A DNA stretch of 64,000 nt from Klebsiella phage phiKp_32, in sequence record LC768500.1. One strand, given 5' to 3'. Position numbers and translations under genes: made by a program. Position 1 is the stretch's first letter. Every line of letters starts with the position of its first letter. Under the pieces are notes generated by a model. That model had not been told where the DNA came from. It saw only the letters and a program-made list of their open reading frames with translations, and did no database searches. Shown piece by piece: positions 48,146-58,985 of the stretch.

Positions 48146-50296
48146 TTACCTCGGAAATTGTTGGTGCCAGACGCGTCCAATATCTCCGATAATCGAGTCG
48201 TTCACAATACCCGCGATATTACCCGCAGAAACAGACTGACTTATCGAGTTCTTAGCCGTGGTTAATCTCCTTGATAATTTGTTCCATCTTAAAACGGTAT
48301 CAAGGTAATCCGACCCGGATAATCTCGTAATGTAGTCGGTATATTTCCCGGTATCGATCAACATCCTGTTAACCGCTTCAGCAGGGTTCGTCATATCGAG
48401 TAAGGAGACCGCCCTGGAGATAGGAAGCGAGACATGTTTTTCTAAATCGACAAAGGAGATATCAACAGTACAGTTCAACGGTTTACGGTCTTTCTTCCAA
48501 CCACCAACACCTTGTCCAAAGGAGATCGTTGCGGAATCGACCATACACGTTCTCATGATGGCACGACTCTTAGAAAAGATCTTACACAGGAAGGGTGATG
48601 TGTGAGCTGAAGGACCTGCGCTTAACGGCAGAATGATCGGCATCAATAATGATAGCGGAACCCAGATATTCATCAGTTGCGAATAAGGGTGTGCGTAAGT
48701 CGCCTCAAAATAGAAACGATAAGTTTCTTTATGTAGGTTTGCTGACGATTCGGCCCAGTGATCAGGAATGTTGATATAAGAGTTGTTCATTAACGCCATG
48801 GGAATGTTAGCGATCCCTATGGAGTTAATACCACCCATAGCAACTTCTTTCAAACCACTAATAACGCCGTCAACAACACCAACGCCTGTCATTCCTCCGG
48901 CTAAATCAAAACGAAGATCGTTAGCCGCTTTTGACATACTGTTGAATTTATCCGCTACGGCTGACTGGGTGGCAGAGTTAGAGAAGTTATCCGTTACCTC
49001 ACCTAAATGTTCTACTCGCCAAGTAATAGCATCTAGACCGCCGTACCAAGATGTTTTAACGAGATCAGCAACTTGTCCCGCCCACGAAGAGTCAGTGACG
49101 TTATCCGTAGCCGCAGTTAATCTCGCTGTAACGGATTCCAGACTCTCCGAAGCAGAGGAGAACTCACCTTGCCCGGAAGAGGCCGTGGTGGTCGTTCCAC
49201 TTCCGTCAGTATTCATTGACGAAGCATCCGATGGTGCGGCAGTCGCCGTCCCTGTCCCGGTCGTATCCGTGGTAATTGCTTGCGGGAGTATGCTCGTGTA
49301 AGCATCTTGATCGGTAAATGCCGAGGCTTTCTCCGGGTAATACCCTTCTTCTTTAGCACGATATTTACCGGTGGTGTTCAATTCCTTTTGCATCAACTCA
49401 TTGACACCATACTGTTTCCCAGAGAGAGTTTCGGCATTGAACTGGATGTTTTTGGCAATATCTGCCATCGCATCGTATTTTTCCTGAGCGGAGTTAATGA
49501 TGCGTTCGTTGAGCTTCTCAATTTCGGATAAGAACTTCCGATATTTTCTCGTCCCTAGTGAGACCAGTCGAATAACGTCTATTGTTCCGTCGTCGTTAAT
49601 ACAGTCCGGAAATAATGCGTTTAATCGCGCTATTTCATTATAGTAATTCCCGGCTTCTTCTGGGTCAACACCATTGATAGGCGCTCCTGGCGGTTTCTTA
49701 ATAGCAAGAACGGGTTTTATAAATCCTTGAGCTGTAGCAACGTCGTTTAAGAAGTTATTAGCTGCAGTCAGGTACATCCCCATGCTAGGCTTCACGTAAT
49801 AATACTGATTACGCGGAGTATCCATGAGGAAGTCTAAGAACGTCATCCCGATGCTGATCAGCTGGATGGGCCAGAATGCCAAAGTCCCTAACCCCTGACC
49901 GAAATAAAACGCCAGGCTGGGGCTACGGCCTTTATTAGCCTGAATAGCTGCTACTGGGTCGAACATGCGTTCTAAGAAAGTCAGTATCCCTGTGAATTCT
50001 GGAACACCAACAGTGATGGTAAGAAGAGACGCATTATCGTCATAGATCTTCTTATACTGTGTTCCCATCCCGCCGTATGAGGAAGACAAAAATTGGGAAT
50101 AACGGGGGTCTGTCGCCGGCCCAAATTGAGGGACTGGGTTGATGTACCGGTTATCCCCAATCGCACTACTGAAAAAGTTGTAATAAAGGTCTTTGTTAAG
50201 GTGATCTCGGATAGTGACGTTATCTATCCCAGTGCACATTAATTTGAAAGACTTAGCGATGAGATTTCTATCTCGTAAAGATATGCTGTTAGCCAC
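48146..50296 (-). CDS. putative virion structural protein (716 aa)
   Basis: Thr/Gly/Ser-rich central region; lies upstream of the giant lysozyme-domain protein. Confidence 0.5.
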   Translation of the reverse strand: MANSISLRDRNLIAKSFKLMCTGIDNVTIRDHLNKDLYYNFFSSAIGDNRYINPVPQFGPATDPRYSQFLSSSYGGMGTQYKKIYDDNASLLTITVGVPEFTGILTFLERMFDPVAAIQANKGRSPSLAFYFGQGLGTLAFWPIQLISIGMTFLDFLMDTPRNQYYYVKPSMGMYLTAANNFLNDVATAQGFIKPVLAIKKPPGAPINGVDPEEAGNYYNEIARLNALFPDCINDDGTIDVIRLVSLGTRKYRKFLSEIEKLNERIINSAQEKYDAMADIAKNIQFNAETLSGKQYGVNELMQKELNTTGKYRAKEEGYYPEKASAFTDQDAYTSILPQAITTDTTGTGTATAAPSDASSMNTDGSGTTTTASSGQGEFSSASESLESVTARLTAATDNVTDSSWAGQVADLVKTSWYGGLDAITWRVEHLGEVTDNFSNSATQSAVADKFNSMSKAANDLRFDLAGGMTGVGVVDGVISGLKEVAMGGINSIGIANIPMALMNNSYINIPDHWAESSANLHKETYRFYFEATYAHPYSQLMNIWVPLSLLMPIILPLSAGPSAHTSPFLCKIFSKSRAIMRTCMVDSATISFGQGVGGWKKDRKPLNCTVDISFVDLEKHVSLPISRAVSLLDMTNPAEAVNRMLIDTGKYTDYITRLSGSDYLDTVLRWNKLSRRLTTAKNSISQSVSAGNIAGIVNDSIIGDIGRVWHQQFPR

Positions 50297-50338
50297 GCCG
50301 TGTCTCCTGATTGGTGGGGCTTTCGCCCCACCGTATGG

Positions 50339-53300
50339 TTATTTGCTCGTATACCCCATCCTAGGATCTGGAGCTTTCTGGTTCTGGATTTCTTTAAGCA
50401 ATTGAGCGAGTAAATCGTTAGTTCTTCCTTGGGCTTGAACTTGAGCCGTTGCGACCGGATCGGGTTGCTGAACCGGTTTAGCCAACGGAGTTGGCGGCGC
50501 AGAAGTACTTTGCTCGGTCGGGACCTTAACACGATTAAGTGGGTTAGCCGGATCGGATTTGTACGCGACCGATCCCTCACTCACCGGGGTAGAAGGCACA
50601 GCTCCGATAGGTTTAGGTCCTTGATTAACCGACGGAGTAGTAATCGCTGAAACTGCCGCGACACTGTTAGCTGTTCCTACGTTTTCCGATTTCATCGTAG
50701 GCGGTTTGGCGTCAGGGCTGACAGAGGAAACCGAACTCGGAGGAGTTTCCCCAGAAGAGGAAGGCGTCGCTCCAGCATTAGGATCCACCGTCAACTCATT
50801 GGAAGTCAAACGTTTCATATACTGCTGATAAAGTCTTGTCCTCGCCGGCATATCAGGCAAGCCGTTGGGGTTAAGTCCTTGAGCTGCATATTCAAACGAG
50901 TTGTTCTTCACAATGGACTGAAGTCGTTTACCAGTCGAGCCGTTGGAGAGATACCAGATCAAGGTTTTCGCCATGACTTCTGGATCAGTAGAAACTAACT
51001 CTGGATTCTTAACGAGGTCTTTCCCCACATACTGAGAGGCAGCTCTGAAGTTATCCTTACCCGTAAGCTGAATGAACCCACGGCCTCTGTAAAGCCATCC
51101 GTCGTTAGGACCACTGTTACCCAACCTACCGCCATAAACCGCGTTAGCGATGGCCTGAGGGCCACCAGCCACGATCTGCTGGGCCTGCCCCATCGACTTC
51201 ACTCTACCTGGGAAAATTTCCAACAGCCGACCTGGCTTGTAGTTCATGTTTTCCGCGGTATTCTTAAATCCTCCGCTTTCAAAGTTAGCCAGAGCTAACA
51301 TTTCAGCAATAAGACGAGGATCCGTGAAGCCGGCCTTAATCATCTCCTTCATGATTAATTGCTCTGCGGCTTTCTGGGGAACGCTAACACCTTTGTCTCC
51401 ACCTCCCGACCCGCCTACCGGAGTGACACCAGAAAGATCAACTGTCGACGTATCGGTATTACCCGTAATAGGTTTATAGTTGATGACTGGCTGACCGCCC
51501 GCGATGACGTTATCGCCCATTGCAGCGGTCGCAACAGCCTGATTTAATCCACCCTCACCCATTGAGTGAGCCGAGGTATACGGAACGACTTCTTTAGCTC
51601 CAGAAGCTTTAACTTCTTTGTCACCAAAATTCAATTTCGCATTCTTCGCGGCGGTATCGAGGTTATTAACGATTGCTTTAACCTGAGGTGTGATCGACCC
51701 AGAAGTTGTATTAGGGAACGGCGACCATTTAACCTCCCAAACGGAAGTTGGGGTTTTACCGATATTCACTTTGAGCCCTAAAAGCTCTTTTGCGAAATCA
51801 AAAGCGTTAGTGGCAGTCATGGACTTCCAACCCGCGCTTGGTTTCACCCCCCTCATGATCCTCACGTATTTCACCCACGCCATACAGACTGGGAGGAAAC
51901 GATCCCGGAACCACGTACACCATTGGTTAGCTTGGTCGTCAGTTATTCTGAATGAGTTCTTAAAGAGGTTATACACCGCACCTGTGGTAGAAGTGAATCT
52001 AGCGTCGTTACCGATTACACTGATGTAATCCTCACAATACCGTTCTAACTTCAACACAGCTTCAACACGCCATGGGATGTGTTCCGTGTCACCGTAGGCT
52101 GCTAATCTTAATGCGGTTATCCCGGCCAGAGGTTTATCGCCCCCTGGTAAAAGATCGGTGATGTTAATTTCCATAACCGATTTTGTTACCGGATAACGTT
52201 TATTGATCTCTTCAATATCAGAACGATCCTCGTACGTCCCACCCACTCTCATTTTAAGACTAGACCACCAACCTGCCTTCTCAGATTTTTCAACCTGTTC
52301 GGCGGAGGTCTTCATGGTCACAATGCCTTCTTTCTCTATCCCCTCAGCTGTTCTTCCGTGTCTTTCGTTAAAGCTTTTCAGTTCGTCCAAATACAACCTA
52401 ACCTGATTAATGGTTTGGTCTTTACCCATTATAGGTGTGGCTTCATCGAACTGAGCGGCTATCTGATAAGGATAAGGATTGATGGTACCGATCCTGTCGT
52501 TGATGGTGGAAACAGTAGAGTACAATTTAGCGTCGGTCGATTTATCGAACGTCTCAAAATCCCTGTACCCCGCGGTATCGATCGCAGAAGCGTAAGTCAG
52601 GAAAATAGGTTTGAAACGAAGATTAAACCAAGTGAAGTAAGCCTGCTGCTGGCCCTTGTCATTGGCTTGAGGTATGAAGCTTTGGAATATCTGTTCGAGA
52701 GGAGCTGATTTAGCTATTGAAGCCACCCCAGCGGTTACGACGACATATTCACGTAATGCTTCTTCGGCAGATCTGATCTTAGCGGCTAAATCTGACTCGA
52801 CGTCCTTGATACCATATTGAGCCATACGAAGTTTGAACTGCGACCCTTTGCCTTTGGCGTAATACTTATAGATCAAATACCCGGCAACTGCAACTGCCCC
52901 AATCCCCAACGTTACTGGATTAAATAACAGAGGAGCGACGGCAGTAGCCAAAGCACCTGTACCCGATACAATAGCCGACCCGGCAGCACTCGCACCAGAA
53001 GCAATAGCTGATCCGATCCCGAGGTTAATCCCCATAGCCGACATGGCGCTAGAACCCAAAGATACCGCCGAAGCCGCAGTAAGCGTATTGCTCGCCACAT
53101 CCTTCCAGTTAGTCCCTTCGTGTTCTTCATTGGTGGCGTCGAGGTACATTCCTAATCCAGCGGTAGCCAAACCCGCTAAGCCGAATTTAAATGCCCTTCC
53201 TCTACCTACCCTACCGCCTCTAGTTCTTCTTCCTCTACGTCGGCCTGAAGCCCCTCCTGCAGCATCAACAATATCGTCAACACCATCAGATGCCCGGCGA

Positions 53301-56300
53301 CCTAACAGACCAACAGTAAGGATCTTAGCTAACGACGTTAATCCACTTACAATAGCGGGTAGAGTGGTGATACCGAGGGTTAAGAATTTGGAGAGTTTAA
53401 CACCAAGTCCGGCGACCCCACCCAAAATAGTTCCCATGGGGTTCTTAACGAAACCCAAGAGACCATTAAGGAATCCGCCACCTTTCTTCTCTTCATCGGG
53501 AGAACCGGAACCTCTCTCTCCTTCTCTATGACCGGCGAGATCGATAATAGCGTCCTGATAACGAGATTCACGTTCAGCTTTCGCTTTACGTTCCTTATCT
53601 TCTAAAGAGTTTAAGCGAACATCATCCGTGTTTCCCATTCGGCTTGTTTCATTAACAATATCAGCCTTGATATCCGGCATGTCGTTAATGTCATAACCAA
53701 ACTTACGGCAAAGCAGAGCGTAAATACGATCGACCGAATTGGTAATAGGCGTATAGTCCGCGGTTACAAGATCGTTGATCTTATCTCCAGCTCGCTTACC
53801 GTAACCTTTAGCTCGATCACCCAGTTTCCTGCCCAGGTCAAGAAGTTTACCACCCATTACTCCCGTCATACGTTTGAGGGATTCTATTTTCATCCCCCCT
53901 GATGTAATGAGCCCATCCTCGTATTCGGCTTGGGTAATAATGACGTCGCCGTTCTCATCATACACCGGTCCGTCGATATCTCTCCAACCCTTTACAGGAA
54001 CAACGCTACCATTCAAACGTTTGAAGTATTTACCGTTCTCAAAACCCTTCCTTGTCAGAACAGGGGAATCCTCTCCGACTCGATAAACATCCATTTGGGT
54101 TATTCGATTGGTAATACCCTGACCTATGCCTTTCAATCGGTTAAGAGGATCTAACCAGTTAAAGAGTTTTAATCCGGCTGATTTCACCGCGTTTAAGCCA
54201 CGAAGCACGACGGCCTTGCCTTCGGCACTGAACAGTTTACCCGAAAGACGTTTAGCGGAGATCACGACCTTGGTTCCGAGATCAACGATCGATCCTTTGA
54301 TCTCTTTCCAGCTGGTGATAATTTTCTTTAAAACTTTGTCGTAATACTGACGAGCTCTGAGTTTACGCGCTTCGAGTATTGGATCTTCACTCTCCCCATC
54401 GTAAATGTCTTCATCGTCACTGACGTCTCTGGCGTCCGCCATACTACGAACTTTGGTATATAACGCCCAGGCTGCAGCACCACCACCGATCAACGCCGCT
54501 GTTTTAGGATCGTGAATCGCCAATCCCGCTAACCCACCTAACATCCCACCCAGCATCAGTGGTTCGTGAGCCAGCAGTTTATCCATGCCAGCACTGAAAA
54601 TATCCTTAATCCCACCAAGACTTTTAATGCGGTCGAGGATGGTTTTCTTCTGTGCGGTATCAGCGGCATCTTCAGCATCAGTTTTGGGCTTATTCACTTC
54701 GGCTGGCTGACGAGAAAGGATTTGTTTCAGGACTTCCAATTGTTCCTGATTAATATCCCTTATTCCCATTACAGAATCCGTTAAAGATTTAACTTGCTCT
54801 GGGCTTAATGCATTTCCATCTTGTCTGCCGGGAATCCCGAGTTTAAGCTGCTCGGTGAGTTCCGATAGGGCGGTAACTAATTTACCGGAATCCTTCCCGG
54901 ACAACCCACGACGGTTATTGATAATGGTTTTCGAATTACCCCCACCCATTCCACCACGAGTAGGGAGAGGGCCTACGTCATCCTCTTCGATAAGGCCTTC
55001 GTTACCATTAAGCTCTGATTTTAACCGGTCCCATATCGCATCGGTGTTAAAGAAATCTGACCCGTTTTCACTATTAATCAAATTCATTTCTCTTAATAGT
55101 GGATCGTAACCAGCGTTTCGTAACAAATCGATTTGCTGAGAAATATTAGGGAGATAGCCTTTGAGGTTTTTGGCTCGCAGACTAAGATCGGCCGCCAAAC
55201 GTTTACTTTTAGCGGTCGGCATGTTCAACTGAGCTTTAATACCAGCCAGCCCAGATTTTTTAGCCGCTTCAATATGCTGGTCGGTTAACCTGAACGACCC
55301 CCGCATCACTTGTTCAATTTCTTTACGAATCGATGGAGTTAGCCCGTCTTCGTCTTCCATCCCGAAATAGTTGAACGGGTTGAATCCTTTATCTTGGTCA
55401 ACGTCTCTCGCCAAACGATAAGATAAGAAACGTTTAGCTTCTGGTGACAACGTCCCATTTTTGTCAATGACAGAAACCATGTCGGACGTACCTGAGGCCA
55501 ACCCACTAAATTCTCTCCCATTCAACAAATTACGTTTAACCGCATTTTGGGTTTGTTTATGGCTTAAGAACTTCCCACTGCGATAATCGAAGCGCTCTTC
55601 TTTCAGGTTATCATTACCCGTGCGTATCTTTTCCAAGCTCAGATGAAGCTTAGCGAACCACCCAGGAATGATTTCATTTAACGTACGATCGGATTGACTG
55701 CTCCAGTAGCTTGGCTGAGTCAAATCCATCAAGTTACGTTTCTTGAGTTCGTACTGTTTACCGCGGGAATCGTTGATATTAAAAGAAAGATCGTTTAACC
55801 TATTTCCCAGGAAATTTTTACCTGTTTGTTTTAAACGCCACGCTCTTTCACTTAACCGTTTTTCACCGGGAGCAAGTGAGTCAAGGTAATCGTCGTAGGT
55901 AGAAAAGTCTTCTTCGTAGTTAGCGTTATTGCGGAGAATGGTTCCTGCTAAACCAGCCGCGTTAGTTCCAGCGTATGACAGAACGCTACCCAACTGTTCC
56001 AACTTGCGATATTGCCGGCGGATGTTTTTGGCTTCTTTTGGATAGAGGGTCGCAAGTTTATTAATAAGCTTAGCACCCTGCCCAGATTTAAAGAAAGCTG
56101 GTCCTCTCTCAATGACCTCGTTAGCTAGCATCTGCCCGATAATGGTTCCCATATTGAGACCCATTCCTTCGGACATCTCCATCCCCATTCTACCCGCGCC
56201 AACCATTCCGCTTAAACCAGAAAGCATTCCTTCTCTGGCTTCTTTACCGAACGTCTCGGACAGATAACCCATCACCCCACCGGACCTACGTCCGATTGTG

Positions 56301-57145
56301 GAGAAGATGGAATCACGCAATCTACCTTTAGCTGCCATAGCCAGGGAAGTTTTCTCGTAATCACTCTTACCCGAATTAAGAGTGATCTTTTTAAGCTCGT
56401 CAATCTGACGATGCATCGAGGCTTCCATGAACTTGTAGTATTTAGCGTTGGTTAAATGCATCCGAGCCAATAAGTTGATTTTAACCGCATCGTTCTTAGC
56501 CTGGATTTTATTCTGGTAACGCAAAATACCTTGAAGGGTGGTCGAGATCCCGCCTAACAGCGAATTGGTTGCTTGTTGCTGAGCTAATTGACGACCGCCA
56601 ACTACCGCGGTCATGTTGTTGATAGCCCGCCCAATACCCACCATTGTTCCTGTCTGCTGGGCCGTAACTCCGCTTATAAAACCGGCTAAGCCATCTTCAT
56701 CGACTTCTCCCATACTTGGATCAGAAGGCGTGTATCCTCCTTGATCCCAATGGCTAAAGTCCTTATTGCTGAAGGTCTCCAACCCCTGGGCAATTTTATT
56801 AGGAGCCTTGTCGCCGTGGCGGTCTAAGGTCATCTGAGCAATTGCCTGGAGATCTTCCACCATATCTTTTGATCCGGCTTTGACCTCACTTAGGATCTCC
56901 TGCTTCTTCCAATCAAACTCTCTTTTTAAATCAAAGACAGTCCCAAATGATTTTGGGAGGAGCATTTTAGCCGTTCTCAACCTACCTTCTGAACTTCCTA
57001 TCGTACCGCTGTGGAGCTCACTGAGAAAACCGCTCCCCATGCTCGCAAAGAAACCTTTTTTAGGTGCGTTATCGAAGTCGAAGTCGAAATCTATATCGCC
57101 GGCGAATGGGTCGTCTCCCCAATCGTCGAAATCATCTTTAGCCAT
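50339..57145 (-). CDS. giant virion-associated protein (2268 aa) with a C-terminal lysozyme/GH19-like peptidoglycan hydrolase domain
   Basis: Near the C-terminus: ...LANFESGGF...YRGRGFIQLTGKDNFRAASQYVG... (lysozyme-like/chitinase class I signature GRG.IQLTG..NY). Gly-rich TM-like segments and size are comparable to phiKZ gp181. Confidence 0.75.
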   Translation of the reverse strand: MAKDDFDDWGDDPFAGDIDFDFDFDNAPKKGFFASMGSGFLSELHSGTIGSSEGRLRTAKMLLPKSFGTVFDLKREFDWKKQEILSEVKAGSKDMVEDLQAIAQMTLDRHGDKAPNKIAQGLETFSNKDFSHWDQGGYTPSDPSMGEVDEDGLAGFISGVTAQQTGTMVGIGRAINNMTAVVGGRQLAQQQATNSLLGGISTTLQGILRYQNKIQAKNDAVKINLLARMHLTNAKYYKFMEASMHRQIDELKKITLNSGKSDYEKTSLAMAAKGRLRDSIFSTIGRRSGGVMGYLSETFGKEAREGMLSGLSGMVGAGRMGMEMSEGMGLNMGTIIGQMLANEVIERGPAFFKSGQGAKLINKLATLYPKEAKNIRRQYRKLEQLGSVLSYAGTNAAGLAGTILRNNANYEEDFSTYDDYLDSLAPGEKRLSERAWRLKQTGKNFLGNRLNDLSFNINDSRGKQYELKKRNLMDLTQPSYWSSQSDRTLNEIIPGWFAKLHLSLEKIRTGNDNLKEERFDYRSGKFLSHKQTQNAVKRNLLNGREFSGLASGTSDMVSVIDKNGTLSPEAKRFLSYRLARDVDQDKGFNPFNYFGMEDEDGLTPSIRKEIEQVMRGSFRLTDQHIEAAKKSGLAGIKAQLNMPTAKSKRLAADLSLRAKNLKGYLPNISQQIDLLRNAGYDPLLREMNLINSENGSDFFNTDAIWDRLKSELNGNEGLIEEDDVGPLPTRGGMGGGNSKTIINNRRGLSGKDSGKLVTALSELTEQLKLGIPGRQDGNALSPEQVKSLTDSVMGIRDINQEQLEVLKQILSRQPAEVNKPKTDAEDAADTAQKKTILDRIKSLGGIKDIFSAGMDKLLAHEPLMLGGMLGGLAGLAIHDPKTAALIGGGAAAWALYTKVRSMADARDVSDDEDIYDGESEDPILEARKLRARQYYDKVLKKIITSWKEIKGSIVDLGTKVVISAKRLSGKLFSAEGKAVVLRGLNAVKSAGLKLFNWLDPLNRLKGIGQGITNRITQMDVYRVGEDSPVLTRKGFENGKYFKRLNGSVVPVKGWRDIDGPVYDENGDVIITQAEYEDGLITSGGMKIESLKRMTGVMGGKLLDLGRKLGDRAKGYGKRAGDKINDLVTADYTPITNSVDRIYALLCRKFGYDINDMPDIKADIVNETSRMGNTDDVRLNSLEDKERKAKAERESRYQDAIIDLAGHREGERGSGSPDEEKKGGGFLNGLLGFVKNPMGTILGGVAGLGVKLSKFLTLGITTLPAIVSGLTSLAKILTVGLLGRRASDGVDDIVDAAGGASGRRRGRRTRGGRVGRGRAFKFGLAGLATAGLGMYLDATNEEHEGTNWKDVASNTLTAASAVSLGSSAMSAMGINLGIGSAIASGASAAGSAIVSGTGALATAVAPLLFNPVTLGIGAVAVAGYLIYKYYAKGKGSQFKLRMAQYGIKDVESDLAAKIRSAEEALREYVVVTAGVASIAKSAPLEQIFQSFIPQANDKGQQQAYFTWFNLRFKPIFLTYASAIDTAGYRDFETFDKSTDAKLYSTVSTINDRIGTINPYPYQIAAQFDEATPIMGKDQTINQVRLYLDELKSFNERHGRTAEGIEKEGIVTMKTSAEQVEKSEKAGWWSSLKMRVGGTYEDRSDIEEINKRYPVTKSVMEINITDLLPGGDKPLAGITALRLAAYGDTEHIPWRVEAVLKLERYCEDYISVIGNDARFTSTTGAVYNLFKNSFRITDDQANQWCTWFRDRFLPVCMAWVKYVRIMRGVKPSAGWKSMTATNAFDFAKELLGLKVNIGKTPTSVWEVKWSPFPNTTSGSITPQVKAIVNNLDTAAKNAKLNFGDKEVKASGAKEVVPYTSAHSMGEGGLNQAVATAAMGDNVIAGGQPVINYKPITGNTDTSTVDLSGVTPVGGSGGGDKGVSVPQKAAEQLIMKEMIKAGFTDPRLIAEMLALANFESGGFKNTAENMNYKPGRLLEIFPGRVKSMGQAQQIVAGGPQAIANAVYGGRLGNSGPNDGWLYRGRGFIQLTGKDNFRAASQYVGKDLVKNPELVSTDPEVMAKTLIWYLSNGSTGKRLQSIVKNNSFEYAAQGLNPNGLPDMPARTRLYQQYMKRLTSNELTVDPNAGATPSSSGETPPSSVSSVSPDAKPPTMKSENVGTANSVAAVSAITTPSVNQGPKPIGAVPSTPVSEGSVAYKSDPANPLNRVKVPTEQSTSAPPTPLAKPVQQPDPVATAQVQAQGRTNDLLAQLLKEIQNQKAPDPRMGYTSK

Positions 57146-57165
57146 TTTAACCTCGTGGTGCGAAT

Positions 57166-58605
57166 ATGCAACCTACTAATATTACGTTATTGAACCCAAA
57201 CAAAGTGGCTTGGGCTCTCATGAAAGCCGTGACGTCAACAGACGTCCATGAGGGGATGACCAACAACCTTCATGAAGATGGTTTATACTCTCCAACAATC
57301 TTCGGTCGTGTCGGTACCGACCAACGAGATAAAACTCAATCTTACATCAATGTTAAGATTCCTGTCTTCAACCCGACTTATTTTAAGGCTTTGATTGGGT
57401 TAAAGGGTTTGTATCTCGGAATAATCAAAGGGACGGAATACGCCCTTTGGGACGCATCAGAACGCGACTTCATAAAATCAAACCTCCTGGAAGGAGAAAC
57501 CGGCTACAGTTTCTTTATGCGTCACTTTTACGACTTAGAGCCTAAGTTAAACGAAAGTTATAAACGCAAACAGCGCGTAGAACTCTTTAATAAATTTAAA
57601 GACATCGCGTTGACTAAAAACATCATTGTCCTGCCGGCTGGTATTCGCGATATTCAAATAGAACCTAACGGACAAATCGTCGAGCCTGAAATAAATGATT
57701 TCTATCGTAAACTGATCTTCCGTAGTCGCAGCGTGGTTATCCAGGAAGGTGAAGAAGATAATCCGATTTACGATAACATCCGTTGGGCGATTCAAAGCGT
57801 GTTTAACGATATCGATGATTATATCTTCCGACTGATGGAAGGTAAGCGTGGATTCTTACAGCGCCGAGTCTCAACTCGTGGTGTCGTCGGGGGTACTCGT
57901 AACGTTATTACCGCTCGTAAAGTTTCTGTTGCTGATGCGGATGATGATAATGGGGTTGACGTTAACACCACAGATATCGGGATGTATCAAGCGCTGTTGG
58001 GTTTCCAATACGTTGCACGATATGCGTTACTTAAAGGTTTCTTAAGCCGCGTGTTTACGGTAGGGTCAAGTACGGCTAAACTCGTCGACCCCAGAACCTT
58101 TGAATATCAATACGTTGAAGTTGAGAGCAACATTGTTGACAAATGGTTGTCAGCCGATGGACTCACCGCTTTGTTCAACGGATTCGGCACCAGGCACTTG
58201 CGTCATAAACCGATCAAAATCAACGGTTATTACATGGGCCTGACCTATGATGACGGTAAATATGTCAAGTTACTCGGTGACGTAACCGAACTTCCTCCTG
58301 GGTTTGATAAGAAGTTCTGCAAACCATTGACTTACATGGAACTCTTCTATTTAAGTTGTGTCGAAGAAATAGAAAAGAGGATGCTTCAGGTTACCCGTTA
58401 TCCGATTACTGGGATGGGGTCCATCTATCCTAGCTTCATCAAAATCAAAACAACGACTAACGCCCAAAAAAGAATTATTTTAGATGATTACTGGGAAGAA
58501 GGTTATCGTTGCACATACTACCCAGTCAGAGAAACTAAACCAGATTATTTCGACGCCATGAGTGTCGATGGTAGTCGGTTAGGATTACTCGGCGGGGACT
58601 TCGAT
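57166..58605 (+). CDS. RNA polymerase beta' subunit N-terminal fragment, exon 1 (ends ...GGDFD)
   Basis: Aligns with bacterial beta': IIVLPAGIRDIQIEPNG vs [33 protein letters not shown] vs DLYRRVINRNNRL; GKRGFLQRRVSTRGVVGGTRNVITARKVSV vs [26 protein letters not shown]; terminal DGSRLGLLGGDFD vs NADFDGD. Confidence 0.85.
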
Positions 58606-58985
58606 TGATTGCAAATCACATTTGCACAGTCCCACTAGACGCGAAAGCTCTAGTGCGTATCTCCTTGAATTGTCTGGGAAGCTCACAAAAGTCTGATGCC
58701 TGCTTAGCAGGAGCCGATAAGGCAGAAATAAGTTCAGACCTGACCTATGCTAAACAATAAGGCTAAGGGTTATTAACAAGGGGCCATCAGCAGCGAACCC
58801 TACTTCGGTAGGAGACGTTCAACGACTAGAGCGGAAGCGCTCGTACTCTTTACAGGGAGTAAAGAGGAAGTGGGGAGAGGGCTAAGTTCGGCACTAGCCG
58901 AATACGTCTAAGATATAGTCTCGACGTCCAAGGTAAGACTTGGAGTACGCTAAAGCGTAGGGGTGTGGAAACACCTTAAGAACCG
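58606..58985 (+). mobile_element. group I intron (ORF-less, 380 nt) in the beta' gene
   Basis: R element GTTCAACGACTAGA (58817-58830) and S element CTAAGATATAGTC (58908-58920) form a P7 pairing. A P-like element TGAATTGTCTGGGAAG lies near 58676. The 5' exon ends in U and the intron ends in G (58985). Joining the exons restores DFD|GDQ. Confidence 0.8.

Noticed and set aside
50429-57193. Numerous 60-160-aa plus-strand ORFs inside the 2268-aa minus-strand gene (for example 53043-53531 and 52358-52708)
   Set aside because: All are embedded antisense in a continuous 6.8-kb gene with a recognisable lysozyme domain. They are shadow ORFs of a GC-skewed long gene.
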